Of a stretch of 64,000 nt of DNA, positions 10,540 through 20,917 are shown in pieces. The position numbers and the translations under genes were made by a program. This DNA is from an uncultured delta proteobacterium. Lineage in GTDB: Bacteria > Myxococcota_A > Polyangia > Haliangiales > Haliangiaceae. How positions within the stretch are numbered: position 1 is the first letter of the stretch; every line of letters begins with the position of its first letter. The notes beneath the pieces are model-generated. The model was given only the letters and a program-made list of their open reading frames with translations. It made no database searches and was not told the DNA's origin. The DNA lies in assembly GCA_963848295.1 (NCBI GenBank), contig CAWKDB010000010.1, positions 992,001 to 1,056,000 of the forward strand, read 5' to 3'.

Positions 10540-11463
10540 TCAAGCGAGCGTCGCCCGCAAGCCGTCGACGAGCGGCGTCTCCGCGACGACGCCGAGCGCG
10601 TCGCGCAGCCGCGCCACGGCCGCGCGCGACTTCACGATCTCGCCGGCGCGCGCGGGCGCGTGATCGATGGTGCTCTTGCCGCCGCATAGCTCGACGATCG
10701 TGCGCGCGAGCTCTACGACCGTGATCTCACCGCCGGTGCCGACGTTCGCGACGAGGCGCGAGTTGCCATCGCCTACCGCCGCGACGATCGCGCGCACGAC
10801 GTCGCCGACGTAGACGAAGTCGCGCGTTTGCTCGCCGTCGCCGAAGATCGTCAGCGGTTTGCCGGCGCGTGCGCGGTCGCTGAAGATCGAGATCACGCCG
10901 GAGTAAGGGCTCGATGGATCCTGGCGCGGACCGTAGACGTTGAAGAACCGAAGCGCGGTCGTCGCGACCCCGTGCACCGCCGCGTAGTAGTCGAGCGCGT
11001 GCTCCGAGGCGAGCTTGTCGATGCCATAGGGCGACACCGGCTGGCAGCGCGTCTCTTCACGCACCGGGAGGTCGGTAGCATCACCGTAAACCGCGGCGGA
11101 TGAGGCAAACGCGACCTTCTTGCATCGCTGCGCGCGCGCGTACTCGAGCACGTGGAGCGTACCGCCGTAGTTGACCTGCATGTCGACGAGCGGGTTCGCG
11201 ATCGAAGCGACGACCGAGACCTGCGCCGCGAGATGGACGATGCGCTCGACCGGACCGTGCCCCGCCAGCGCGGCGAAGATCCCGTGGCCGACGTCGCAGG
11301 TCTCGATCGCGAGGTTCGCGTTGCCCGCGTGCTGCGCGAGGTTCGCGCGCTTGCCGGTCGAGAAATTATCGAGCACCACGACGCGATGGCCGAGCGCGAG
11401 CAAGCGATCGACGACGTGCGATCCGATGAATCCGGCGCCGCCGGTGACTGCGATCAACCCCAC
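10540..11463 (-). CDS. NAD-dependent sugar epimerase/dehydratase
   Basis: TGGAGFIGSH, SSAAVYG, YGIDK, FFNVYGPRQDP. Confidence 0.95.
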   Translation of the reverse strand: MGLIAVTGGAGFIGSHVVDRLLALGHRVVVLDNFSTGKRANLAQHAGNANLAIETCDVGHGIFAALAGHGPVERIVHLAAQVSVVASIANPLVDMQVNYGGTLHVLEYARAQRCKKVAFASSAAVYGDATDLPVREETRCQPVSPYGIDKLASEHALDYYAAVHGVATTALRFFNVYGPRQDPSSPYSGVISIFSDRARAGKPLTIFGDGEQTRDFVYVGDVVRAIVAAVGDGNSRLVANVGTGGEITVVELARTIVELCGGKSTIDHAPARAGEIVKSRAAVARLRDALGVVAETPLVDGLRATLA

Positions 11464-11484
11464 CCGGCGAGCGTACTAGGTTAG

Positions 11485-12123
11485 TCAGTGGTCCCACAAC
11501 ACGCCGACGCCGAGCTGGATGCCCAGCGCGTCGTCCAGCGAGCTCGAGAACCCGGGCTCGGCGTAGATCTGCGTCAACATCGCGAGCTCGGGCAGGATCG
11601 ACACGCAGCGTGTGATGCGATACGCGAAGCCGATCGATGCGCCCGCGTACATGAAGCTCACCGGGCCACTGACGCCACCGACGCCGACGTGGTCTTGATA
11701 GACGAGGCGCGCGCTCGCGATCAGCTGGTGGCCGCCGGTGAAGTTCCAGCCGACTTGCACCGGCAGCTCGAGCGCCGGCTTGTCCGGGAACGTGAATTCC
11801 ACCGCGGGCGCGAGCGCGATATCGATGCCGGAGTCTACCGTCGGCGCGCGTAGCAGCTGAATGCGTGGCCCGAGCTCGAGCCCGAACGTGCCGACCCGTG
11901 CGTCGAGCTCGAGGTGATCGGTCGCGCCATAGCGCACGCCACCTTCGGCGACGCCTCGCGGCGTGACGCCGAACTCGTGGGCGCCCGTGCTCGGCGCGAC
12001 GACGAGGTAGCCCTCGGGGGCGGCCCACAGCTCGACGTGACCGGGGCGCTGGATCCGCGCGCGCGCCATCGTTGGAAACGAGTAGCAAGCTGCGGTGGCG
12101 AGCAACGCGACCGCGCACTTCAC
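11485..12123 (-). CDS. Hypothetical exported protein, probably a small beta-barrel or lipoprotein
   Basis: Lipobox-like TAAC; alternating beta-strand pattern ending IQLGVGVLWDH; GTGA overlap with the upstream gene. Confidence 0.65.
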   Translation of the reverse strand: MKCAVALLATAACYSFPTMARARIQRPGHVELWAAPEGYLVVAPSTGAHEFGVTPRGVAEGGVRYGATDHLELDARVGTFGLELGPRIQLLRAPTVDSGIDIALAPAVEFTFPDKPALELPVQVGWNFTGGHQLIASARLVYQDHVGVGGVSGPVSFMYAGASIGFAYRITRCVSILPELAMLTQIYAEPGFSSSLDDALGIQLGVGVLWDH

Positions 12124-13106
12124 GGGCAGGCCTCGAGATCGAGCACCCACGCATCGTCGAGCGTGCCGAGCCCATCCCCGAGCGTGCCGCCGCCGAACAG
12201 TACGAGTCGATCGCGTTTGCCGTCGAGGATGAGCGACGCGTGATCGCGCGCGGGCGGCAGCGTCGAGGTCACCAGAGGAGAGAACGTCGCGTCGTCGAGG
12301 CCGAATCCGGTCGTCAGCGCGGTGTCCTCGTTGTCTAGATTATCGCCGCCGACGAGATCGATGCGGTCGCAATCGGGGTCGAGCGCCGCACCGAAGTGCG
12401 CCCACGCCGTCGGGCTCGATACGATGGCGAGCTTGGTCCACGCCTGCGCAGCGAGATCGTAGCGCCACGCATCGCGCTTGACCGACACCGTGTCGTGACC
12501 GCCGACCAGATACAGCCCGCCTTGCCAGTACTCGAGCGCGTACGACGTCCGCCCCGACGGAACCGCTCCGGACTCCGGCAGCTCGGTCCACGTGTTCGTC
12601 GCGAAGTCGAACTGCCAGAGATCGTCGAGCGAATCGAGGAAGCTGCTCGCGCCGCCGAAGATCCAGGCATGCGCGCCATCGCTGGCCGCGCTGACGTCGA
12701 GCCGCGCGCTCGGTCCTTGCGGCAGCTGCGTGACCTCGAACGTCGTCAGATCGACGCCGACCACCTCGGAGATCGCCGACGATAGCCCTTGGTTGCCGTC
12801 GATCAACACGAGCCGATCGTTCGCGACGTCGATCGCGCTCGCGAGGTTGGTGCGCGGCGACAACATCGACGACAGATCGATCGTGTCCCAGCTCAGCGTG
12901 TCGAGGTGGAGTGCGACGAGCTCGCCGACCAAGCCCGACGAGCTGTTACCCCCGTACATCCACATCTGATCGCGAGCCACGTCGAGCACGGCGGTCTGGC
13001 CCCACCGGCCCGCGACTCCGCCGGTGCTGATCTCGGTCCACGCCGGCGCACCGGCTCTCGTCGGCGACACACACGCGGTCACGCACAGGATCGCGGCAGC
13101 GCGCAC
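12120..13106 (-). CDS. Kelch-repeat lipoprotein
   Basis: Repeated (MY/IF/LV)GG...D(L/A)W units; lipobox VTAC. Confidence 0.88.
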   Translation of the reverse strand: MRAAAILCVTACVSPTRAGAPAWTEISTGGVAGRWGQTAVLDVARDQMWMYGGNSSSGLVGELVALHLDTLSWDTIDLSSMLSPRTNLASAIDVANDRLVLIDGNQGLSSAISEVVGVDLTTFEVTQLPQGPSARLDVSAASDGAHAWIFGGASSFLDSLDDLWQFDFATNTWTELPESGAVPSGRTSYALEYWQGGLYLVGGHDTVSVKRDAWRYDLAAQAWTKLAIVSSPTAWAHFGAALDPDCDRIDLVGGDNLDNEDTALTTGFGLDDATFSPLVTSTLPPARDHASLILDGKRDRLVLFGGGTLGDGLGTLDDAWVLDLEACP

Positions 13107-13135
13107 GGGCGAACGATAAGCGCTAGCGTCGCGAC

Positions 13136-14113
13136 ATGAAAGTGCGCGCTATCCAGATCACGGAGCACGGCGGCCCCGACGTCATGCACCTCGCCGACAT
13201 CGAGGTCGGCGAACCAGGGCCCGGCCAGGTCCGCGTGCGCCACCACGCGTGCGGCATCAACTACCTCGACACGTACTACCGCAGTGGCTTGTACCCGGCC
13301 CCGCTGCCGCTCGTGCCAGGCACCGAGGCCGCGGGCGTGATCGAGGCGGTCGGCGCCGGCGTGACCCGGCTCGCGGTCGGCGATCGCGTGACCTACGCGG
13401 CGATGGGACCGGGCAGCTACAGCGAAGCGCGCGTGCTCGACGCCGGCCCCGTTGTCCGGCTGCCGGACAGCATCGACTTCGAGCGCGCCGCCGCGATGAC
13501 GCTCAAGGGCATGACGGTGCAGTACCTGCTGAAGCGCACGTGGCCGAATCTGCGCACCGGCGATGCGATCCTCTGGCATGCGGCGGCCGGCGGCGTCGGC
13601 CTCATCGCCTGTCAGTGGGCGGCGGCGCTCGGCTACGTCGTGATCGCGACCGCCGGCTCGGCCGAGAAGTGCAACCTCGCGCTCGCGCACGGCGCGACGC
13701 ACGCGATCGACTATCACCGCGAAGATGTGGTCGCTCGCGTCAAGCAGCTCACCGGCGGGCGCGGGGTCGCGGTCGCGTTCGATTCCGTCGGCAAGGACAC
13801 GTTCGAGCGCTCGCTCGACTCGACGCGTCCGCTCGGGCTCGTCGCCGTGTTCGGCAATGCCTCCGGGCCGGTACCACCGCTCGACGTCCTCGGCTTGATG
13901 CGGCGCGGCTCGCTGTTCGTGACGCGTCCGACGCTCGGGACGCACCTCGCCACCGGCGCGGCCCAGGACATGGCCGACGATCTGTTCGCGATGGTCACCT
14001 CGGGCAAGCTGCGCATCGATCCGCCGCGCACGTATCCGCTCGCCGAGGCAGCGCGTGCCCATCGCGAGCTCGAAGCCGGCCAGACGACCGGCGCCGGCAT
14101 CCTCGTCGTGTAA
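13136..14113 (+). CDS. qor: NADPH:quinone oxidoreductase (MDR family)
   Basis: GINYLDTYYRSGLY, HAAAGGVG, GSLFVTRPTL. Confidence 0.93.
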   Translation: MKVRAIQITEHGGPDVMHLADIEVGEPGPGQVRVRHHACGINYLDTYYRSGLYPAPLPLVPGTEAAGVIEAVGAGVTRLAVGDRVTYAAMGPGSYSEARVLDAGPVVRLPDSIDFERAAAMTLKGMTVQYLLKRTWPNLRTGDAILWHAAAGGVGLIACQWAAALGYVVIATAGSAEKCNLALAHGATHAIDYHREDVVARVKQLTGGRGVAVAFDSVGKDTFERSLDSTRPLGLVAVFGNASGPVPPLDVLGLMRRGSLFVTRPTLGTHLATGAAQDMADDLFAMVTSGKLRIDPPRTYPLAEAARAHRELEAGQTTGAGILVV

Positions 14114-14175
14114 CGCGAGACACGCAGCGCGTGCGTTCCGCGACACACGCGCGAGCTCCTCGTCGGAGACAACGC

Positions 14176-14191
14176 TGGCTCGCGCCATGCA
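14176..14191 (+). promoter_or_regulatory. Possible sigma54 -24/-12 promoter
   Basis: TGGCTCG-CGCC-ATGCA has correct GG-N10-GC spacing just before the SPFH start codon. Confidence 0.35.
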
Positions 14192-14205
14192 CTCGCTGCG
14201 AGCCC

Positions 14206-15432
14206 ATGCGCATGATCTTCGGGAAGCTCAAGAGCTCTATCCTTCGCGTCGGCTATCTCGCAAAGGCGATGGTGCTCGCGGCGTTGCTCGGCGTCATCGA
14301 GCTCGTGCAGAACGCGAAGGGCCGACGGTTCCTCGGCGTGCTGACGCTCGTCGCGTTGGCCGGCGGCTTCGTGATCGCCCGACCGATTCGTTCGATCGCG
14401 GCCGGCGAAGCCGCGGTCCGCATCAACAAGCTCACCGGCAGTGTCACCGTGCTCGACGAAGGCTGGGCGCTCGACCTGCCGTTCATCCACCAGCTCCGCA
14501 CGTATCCGTTGCACGATCAGGTCTATCGCCCCGCCGACGCGGCGAAGGCGACCGGCGCCGGCGCGTTCCAGTCCGGCGAAGGCCTGACGATCGGCATCGA
14601 CGTCGCGGTGCGGTGGGCGCTCGATCCCGAGAAGATGTCGCATGCGGCGCGGTTGCGGCCCGATGACATCGGCGAAGAAGTCGTGCGGCCGACCGTCGAT
14701 GGCGCGCTGCACCGCGCGTTTGCGTTGCACAGCGTCCGCGAGATCTTCGCGACCCAGCGCGGCGCGATCCAGAAGGGGCTCGAGGACGAGCTGCGCACCG
14801 CGCTCGCGGGCGAGGGCGTCGTCGTCAAGTCGGTCGAAATCGGCAGCGTCGATCTGCCGCCGCAATACAAGGCGGGGCTCGAGGCGTTACTCGAAGAGGA
14901 GCTCGCGTCCGACAAGATGAAGTACACGCTCGAGCTCAAGGAGAAGGGCATCAAGCAGTCCGAGCTCGAAGCCGACGCCGACAAGGTCCGCCGCGAGAAG
15001 GCCGCAGAAGCCGCCGGCGAAGAACAGGTGATCGCCGCGAAAGCACAGGAAGAGGCGATGCAGCACGTGCTGCCGCTCAAGCAGAAAGAGATCGAGCAGA
15101 AGCGGCTCGAAGCCGAAGCCGCGAAGGTCGAGCGGATCACCCAGGCCGAAGCGACGGCGGAGTCGCGCCGGATCGAGGCGAGCGGTGAAGCCGATGGCCG
15201 GCGCAAGCTCGCCGACAGTGAAGCGTATCGGCTCGACGTCACCGGCAAGGCGACGAGCGAGCAGATGGCGCGCGAGGGCGCGTTGATCCAGAAGAACCCG
15301 CTGCTGATCCAGAAGACGCTGGCCGACAAGCTGTCCGACAAGATCTCCGTGATCATCGCGCCGCCTCAGGTCGGCGGGTTCTTCGCGAGCGGCTTGCTCG
15401 GTGGCGCGGCCTACGGCGGCGGAGCGAAGTAA
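14206..15432 (+). CDS. SPFH/prohibitin (band 7) family protein with coiled-coil tail
   Basis: TM helix, then FQSGEGLTIGIDVAVRWALD...SVREIFATQR and EAEA-rich repeats. Confidence 0.88.
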   Translation: MRMIFGKLKSSILRVGYLAKAMVLAALLGVIELVQNAKGRRFLGVLTLVALAGGFVIARPIRSIAAGEAAVRINKLTGSVTVLDEGWALDLPFIHQLRTYPLHDQVYRPADAAKATGAGAFQSGEGLTIGIDVAVRWALDPEKMSHAARLRPDDIGEEVVRPTVDGALHRAFALHSVREIFATQRGAIQKGLEDELRTALAGEGVVVKSVEIGSVDLPPQYKAGLEALLEEELASDKMKYTLELKEKGIKQSELEADADKVRREKAAEAAGEEQVIAAKAQEEAMQHVLPLKQKEIEQKRLEAEAAKVERITQAEATAESRRIEASGEADGRRKLADSEAYRLDVTGKATSEQMAREGALIQKNPLLIQKTLADKLSDKISVIIAPPQVGGFFASGLLGGAAYGGGAK

Positions 15433-16826
15433 TGCTGCCGCTCGCGCTGACCGCGGCGGTCGTCGTCGGCGATCACGTCGCGTTGCGCGCGGCACCGGAG
15501 CGCGTCGCCGCCGAGCAGGCGGTGCTGTGGAAGGGCGACTGGCTCGAGGTGCGCGGCGCGCGGCGCGGTTGGTTGCAGGTCTACGACCATCGCCACGAGC
15601 GCCCGGGCTGGATCGCGGAGCGCAACGTCCGTCAGGTCGAGCTCGAGGACAAGTCGGCGCCAGCCCTGCGCGCGGTCGTCGATTTCCTACGCGATACGCC
15701 GGGCAGCGAGTCGCTCGGCATCGCGTACGCCGCGATGTACTTGAAGGTCGCGGGCAAGCCCGCGATCGACGGCGCGATCATGGTGTCGCTCGGCGTGATG
15801 GCCGATCGGCTCGCACATCGCGCGTCGGCGGCCGGCACGAACGACACGAGCGTGTCGGAGCAGCTCGAGGTCGCGAAGAGCTGGGGCGTGGCGTTCAGCT
15901 CGATCGAGCGCGACGACGGCATCATGGTTTGCTACGACGGCGACGCGTTTCACGCCGCGCTGGGGCTGTCACCGACGCCCGCCGATGCGGCGACCGCGGT
16001 GCTCGCGCTCACCGATCCGACGTGCACGCCGCCGCGCCTGGGCGCGACCGAGCGGCAAGCGCTCGACGAGGCGCGGCTCGCCGGGCTCGATCGAGTGGCG
16101 ACGAAGGGCGCACCTCCGCCGCTCGCGAACGCGTTGCGAATCCGCCGCGCGATGCTCGCGGCAGATCTCGCCTGGACGGCGGCGCGCCGCGGCGATAACG
16201 CGCTCGCTGCGACGCGAGCCGCGGAGGCGATGGGCGCGTTCGTCGCGCTCGATCACGCCGAGCTCGCCGAAGAAGACCTCGCCGCCGCCGATGCCGCGGC
16301 GCTGCAAGTCGCGGCCGCACGCTGGGCCGGCGAGTCGGCACATCCAGTGCCGGCGCTCGCGCTGAAGGTCGACGCCGGCCAGCCCGGCGAGACCTGCGTC
16401 GCGGTCGTGCCCAAGCAAGGCGCGGCGAGCACGCCGAAGTGCACGTTCGGTCAAGTCTGGCCGGCGTCGTTCGCCGTATCGCCCGACCGGCACGACGCCG
16501 TGGTCGCGGTCGAGCCACTGCCCGGCTGGCTCGAGCTGTGGCTGTTCCGCCGCGGCGACGACGGCGGCTGGATGACCGACGTGCTCACGCCGTCGACCGA
16601 CGATCCGGATCTCGGGTACGTCGAGCTCGCGGGGTGGTCGGCCGATAGCCGCCACGCGCTGATCGTGCGCGAGGCGCGGACCGCGGGGACGGTGCATCGC
16701 TCGTTCGAAGCGATCGCGCTCGGGACGCTCGCGGTCGACCGTCAGGCCGCGACGCTCGGCGGCGTCGGCGCAGCGAAGAAGTGGGCGGCGGCGGAGTGGC
16801 GCAAGGGCACGCTCGCGTTGCGCTGA
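15432..16826 (+). CDS. Exported protein with N-terminal SH3b-like motif
   Basis: ALRAAP...LEVRGARRGWLQV...GWI; coupled to the SPFH gene by a TAATG overlap. Confidence 0.7.
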   Translation: MLPLALTAAVVVGDHVALRAAPERVAAEQAVLWKGDWLEVRGARRGWLQVYDHRHERPGWIAERNVRQVELEDKSAPALRAVVDFLRDTPGSESLGIAYAAMYLKVAGKPAIDGAIMVSLGVMADRLAHRASAAGTNDTSVSEQLEVAKSWGVAFSSIERDDGIMVCYDGDAFHAALGLSPTPADAATAVLALTDPTCTPPRLGATERQALDEARLAGLDRVATKGAPPPLANALRIRRAMLAADLAWTAARRGDNALAATRAAEAMGAFVALDHAELAEEDLAAADAAALQVAAARWAGESAHPVPALALKVDAGQPGETCVAVVPKQGAASTPKCTFGQVWPASFAVSPDRHDAVVAVEPLPGWLELWLFRRGDDGGWMTDVLTPSTDDPDLGYVELAGWSADSRHALIVREARTAGTVHRSFEAIALGTLAVDRQAATLGGVGAAKKWAAAEWRKGTLALR

Positions 16827-16879
16827 GTTGTTGCAAATATCGCGTGCGTCGGGCCGGTGGTCGCGCCATGACATCTCGC

Positions 16880-17830
16880 ATGAAACGGGTGATCGCCGCT
16901 GCCTTGCTCTTCGCCTCGTGCGGCCGAGGTCCGGACGAGCGCATCGCGCGCGAGTATCGCGAGCTGTGGGCCGCGCGTGGCCCCGAGCCTGTCGTGCGGC
17001 CATGCGCCGATGCGAACGCCAAGTCCGCGAGGCTGATGCCGCTCCTCGAGCTGGCCGACGCCGCAAGCACGTGGCATTCGTTCAGCGACCCCTTGCCGCC
17101 GCCGCTCGCGGCGCAACTGAGCTCGCTCGTGCCCGACGCTACCGCGGCCGACGATCTCCGCTGCACGGCCGAAGACCCGAAGTCACGAATCGACGTCTGG
17201 TCGGGGCTCGGAAAGCTCGGCGCGTTGCTTTACCTCAAAGGCGAGGCCGTAGCAGCGACCGATGCCGACGGCGGTTGGCGTCAGATCAGCGAAGCGCTGC
17301 GCCTGTTTCGCGATCCGCCCGCGTTCGAGTATCTGTACTTCTTCACGCCGGGGTGGATGCTCGAGCGCGCCTCGGCGCTCGCGGCGAGCCACCCGCCGCC
17401 GGACGACCTGCGCGCATCGGTGCTCGCAGCAGCCGCGACCGCGGTGATGCCGAAGGCGGCGCTGTGCGCGGGCCTGCGCGAAGAGATGCTCGTCCAGAGC
17501 GGGATGTTGTTTTATCCCAACTTCGCCGGGCTGCACGACGCGTTCATCACGCGCTGGCCCGGGCTCGAACCGTTGCTCGATGGCGACTCGTTGCAACGCC
17601 GGAGCTACGACGAGTGGCAGCCGTTCCATGCCATCGCGGGCGCGATCACCCGCGATTGCGATGTGGCGAGCACGTCCGATCTGCGCCGAGAGCTCGTTCC
17701 TCTCGGTGCCACGCTCGAGCAGCGCTCCCCGGATCTGGCGGTGATCTTCGACGCGCTGATGCAGCGTATCGATAACTACGACAAGGTCGTCGCGAGCGCC
17801 GCCGCATTCCGAGCCGGCCTCGCGCGTTAG
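16880..17830 (+). CDS. Hypothetical lipoprotein
   Basis: MKRVIAAALLFASC lipobox; coding-like helical sequence. Confidence 0.65.
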   Translation: MKRVIAAALLFASCGRGPDERIAREYRELWAARGPEPVVRPCADANAKSARLMPLLELADAASTWHSFSDPLPPPLAAQLSSLVPDATAADDLRCTAEDPKSRIDVWSGLGKLGALLYLKGEAVAATDADGGWRQISEALRLFRDPPAFEYLYFFTPGWMLERASALAASHPPPDDLRASVLAAAATAVMPKAALCAGLREEMLVQSGMLFYPNFAGLHDAFITRWPGLEPLLDGDSLQRRSYDEWQPFHAIAGAITRDCDVASTSDLRRELVPLGATLEQRSPDLAVIFDALMQRIDNYDKVVASAAAFRAGLAR

Positions 17831-18687
17831 CCGAGCAGCGACCACACCGGAGCGACGAGCACCATGAAGCCGGCGGTGACGCCGATGAAGCCTTGCGCCG
17901 ACGACCAGCGCGCCACCGCTGCGAACCGCGCGATCGCGATCCCAGCGGCGACGGCGCCGATCGCGATGGTCGCGCCGCCGACCGCGCCGGTGCGGACATC
18001 GACCGCGACCGTGCACAGGGCGAACGCGACGAGCGCGGCGGCGGCGATCCGGCCGCGCACCGCGGCGAGCACGAGCCCGGCCAGCACGGCGAAGGCCGCC
18101 ACCGGCTGCAACACATCGCCGATCGATGCGAGCGATCCGCGGTGATCCGCCCGGGCGGTCCACGCCGACCACAGGCGCGCCAGCGGACCGTCGTGCGCGA
18201 GCCCACACGCGATCGCGAGCCCGAGCGCGAGCACCGCGACGATCGGCGCAAACACCGCGGCGCGGGGGCGCCGCCACGGTCCCGACGTGACGCGAACGCT
18301 GGCGAGGACCGCGAGCACCGCGAAGCTGGGATCGAGCACGGCCGCGAACAACGCCGCGCCGAAGCCGGGCAACGGCGACGCTTCCGGTGGCATCGGCCGT
18401 ACGAGCTCGGCGATCGCGAACGCACCGGCCGCGACCGCGAGCGCCGTGCGAACCAAGGCGACATCGCACGTCAGCTCGAGCCCGCAGGTCGCGAGCAAGG
18501 CGGCCGTGACCGCCGCGACCAACGCGGCCGGCGAGCTGCCAGCGAAGGCACGCACCGCGGCGACGACGGCGGCGCCGCACGACGCGAGCGCGACGATCGC
18601 GATCGGAGATGCGTCGGCGAGCCAGCCGAGGCCGGCGCATGCCGCCGCCGCACCGAGCACGATCAGCCAAGGGCGGGCACGAGCCAT
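17827..18687 (-). CDS. Hypothetical integral membrane protein
   Basis: Highly hydrophobic, Ala/Leu-rich, many TM-like segments. Confidence 0.65.
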   Translation of the reverse strand: MARARPWLIVLGAAAACAGLGWLADASPIAIVALASCGAAVVAAVRAFAGSSPAALVAAVTAALLATCGLELTCDVALVRTALAVAAGAFAIAELVRPMPPEASPLPGFGAALFAAVLDPSFAVLAVLASVRVTSGPWRRPRAAVFAPIVAVLALGLAIACGLAHDGPLARLWSAWTARADHRGSLASIGDVLQPVAAFAVLAGLVLAAVRGRIAAAALVAFALCTVAVDVRTGAVGGATIAIGAVAAGIAIARFAAVARWSSAQGFIGVTAGFMVLVAPVWSLLG

Positions 18688-18839
18688 CGAGAGCTCGACG
18701 CTAACTGGCCCGGAGCGCGTGCGCCAAAAACCGGCGGTGGTGCGCGCGGCCCGGTGAGCGGTCCACATCCGTAAGTTGACAATAGTTACTCCGTCCCCGG
18801 GTAACTGCTCGCGATCGTTGGGTGGCGGCGCTATCCTGG

Positions 18840-20909
18840 ATGGAGATGACGACCGCTCCGGGGGCCGCCCAGGACCTCGCCCGCGCGCACTTGTCGCGGT
18901 TCTTGGTGGCTCATGCGCAACGCAAGCGGATGTCGGGCGGCAGCGCTTTCGGTCCGTCGAGCGAGGAGGTCGCGCGCACGTTGACGCCCGCGACGGTCGC
19001 GACCGGCGACGAGCTCGCGGTTCACAACGACAAGGTCGCGGCGGCCGAGGCCGCGCTCGATGCCGCTCTCGCTGCGACGCCCGAGCCGTTGCTTGCTCGG
19101 TTGCGACGCGGGTTTTCGCTCAGCCGGCTCGACCTCACGATCATCGCGATCTTGCTCGCGCCCGAGCTCGACCACGAGCTCGAGCGCGCTTACACGTTTG
19201 CGGTCGACGACTTCACGCGCAAGCGCGGCGACGTCGGCTTCATCACGCGGCTGATCGGCGCGGGCGATCCGGAGACGGCGGATCTCACGTTGACGCGGTT
19301 CGACGACGGCGCGCCGCTGCGCCGTCACGGCGTCGTCGCGCTCGCCGCAGCGGGTGAAGCAGCGGCGACGATGCGCGCGGCGAGACTCACCGATCGGATC
19401 GCGTCGTTTCTGCGCGGCCACGATACGATCGACGAGCTCGTCCGCGGCTTCGTTCGCCCGAGCACGCCGCAGCCGGTCGGCAGCATCGTCATGCCGCAGG
19501 ACACGCTCGGGCAGATCGTGCGCGCCCTCGATCCTCGGCGCGGGCCTGCCCGGTTGCTGCTCGCCGGTCCCGACGGCTCGGGGCGCGCGTTAGCGGTCGA
19601 AGCGATCCTCGCGGCCTCGGGTCGGCGGTCTTTGCGCGTCGATCTCGCTGGCATCGTCGCCGAAGGCCGAGTCGGCGAACGGCTCGCGGCGGCGCTGCGC
19701 GAGGCGGCCCTCCGCGATGCCGCGGCGATCCTCGAGGGCGGCTCGACGATTCGCGACGAGGTCCCGCGCGCGCTCGTCAACGCGATCACCGACGGCGTCG
19801 ACGGCCTCGCCGTGCCGATCGTGCTGACGCTCGGGTCTCGCCCGGCGTGGCTCGCGCAAGCCGTGCCCGAGCTGCTCGAGCTCGACATCCCGGCCCCGAC
19901 GTTTCGCGAGCGCGTCGAGCTGTGGACCCGCTCGCTGCCGCCCCCGCTCGCCGATTCAGGCGATCTCGAGACCGTCGCGGCCCGTTACGGCTTCACCGGC
20001 GCGACGATCGCACGCGCCGCCCGCCGCGCCGCCGCGACCGCACGGCTGCGCGATCCGGACGGGCCGAAAGTGTCGCTCGACGACCTCGGCGACGCGGCGC
20101 GGTTGATGTTCTCGCATCGGCTCGGCGGGATGGCGCAGCGGATCCCGACCGGCTTTCGCTGGGACGACCTCGTGCTGCAGAAAGAGACGCTCGACGCGGT
20201 GCGCGAGGTCACCCGGTTCGCGCGGTTCCGGCCGTTCTTGCTCGAAGACTGGGGGTTCGCCGCGAAGCTGCCCTACGGCCGCGGCGTCTCGGCGATCCTC
20301 GCGGGGCCGCCCGGCACCGGCAAGACGATGGTCGCCCAGCTACTCGCGAAGGAGCTCGGGTACGACCTCTATCGCATCGATCTCTCGCAGGTCGTGAACA
20401 AGTACATCGGCGAGACCGAGAAGAACCTCGCGAAGATCTTCGACGAGGCCGAGTCGTCGCACGCCGTGCTGTTCTTCGACGAAGCCGACTCGCTGTTCGC
20501 GAAGCGCACCGACGTCAAGTCGAGCAACGATCGCTACGCGAACCTCGAGGTCAACTACCTGTTGCAGCGGATGGAGACCTACGACGGCGTCACGCTGCTC
20601 GCGACGAACCTCGAACAAGGCATCGACGAAGCGTTCAAGCGCCGCGTCCGGTTCTCGATCATGTTCGAGCTCCCCGAAGAGGACGAGCGCCGCAAGCTGT
20701 GGGTCAGCATGTTCCCGAAGCAAGTCCCGCTCGACGCGAACATCGACTGGGACCTGATCGCGAAGCGGTTCGAGATGGCCGGCGGCTACATCAAGAAGGC
20801 GGCGCTACGCGCGGCGCTGACCGCAGCCGAGGCGAATCGCGCGATCTCCACCGCCGACATTCTCGAGGCCGCGCGTCAGGAATACCGCGAAATGGGCCGC
20901 ATCATCTGA
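18840..20909 (+). CDS. AAA+ ATPase of Afp15/Pvc15-like type (degenerate AAA1, intact AAA2)
   Basis: GPDGSGR (degenerate Walker A); [44 protein letters not shown]. Confidence 0.9.
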   Translation: MEMTTAPGAAQDLARAHLSRFLVAHAQRKRMSGGSAFGPSSEEVARTLTPATVATGDELAVHNDKVAAAEAALDAALAATPEPLLARLRRGFSLSRLDLTIIAILLAPELDHELERAYTFAVDDFTRKRGDVGFITRLIGAGDPETADLTLTRFDDGAPLRRHGVVALAAAGEAAATMRAARLTDRIASFLRGHDTIDELVRGFVRPSTPQPVGSIVMPQDTLGQIVRALDPRRGPARLLLAGPDGSGRALAVEAILAASGRRSLRVDLAGIVAEGRVGERLAAALREAALRDAAAILEGGSTIRDEVPRALVNAITDGVDGLAVPIVLTLGSRPAWLAQAVPELLELDIPAPTFRERVELWTRSLPPPLADSGDLETVAARYGFTGATIARAARRAAATARLRDPDGPKVSLDDLGDAARLMFSHRLGGMAQRIPTGFRWDDLVLQKETLDAVREVTRFARFRPFLLEDWGFAAKLPYGRGVSAILAGPPGTGKTMVAQLLAKELGYDLYRIDLSQVVNKYIGETEKNLAKIFDEAESSHAVLFFDEADSLFAKRTDVKSSNDRYANLEVNYLLQRMETYDGVTLLATNLEQGIDEAFKRRVRFSIMFELPEEDERRKLWVSMFPKQVPLDANIDWDLIAKRFEMAGGYIKKAALRAALTAAEANRAISTADILEAARQEYREMGRII

Positions 20910-20917
20910 GCGGAGAC

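Noticed and set aside
18776..18806. TTGACA plus AGTTAC/GTAACT inverted repeat
   Set aside because: Could be an operator in a divergent promoter, but 6-bp arms are too short to distinguish from chance.
18840..20909. An eCIS/tailocin locus or prophage
   Set aside because: No structural, lysis or integrase genes anywhere in the window.
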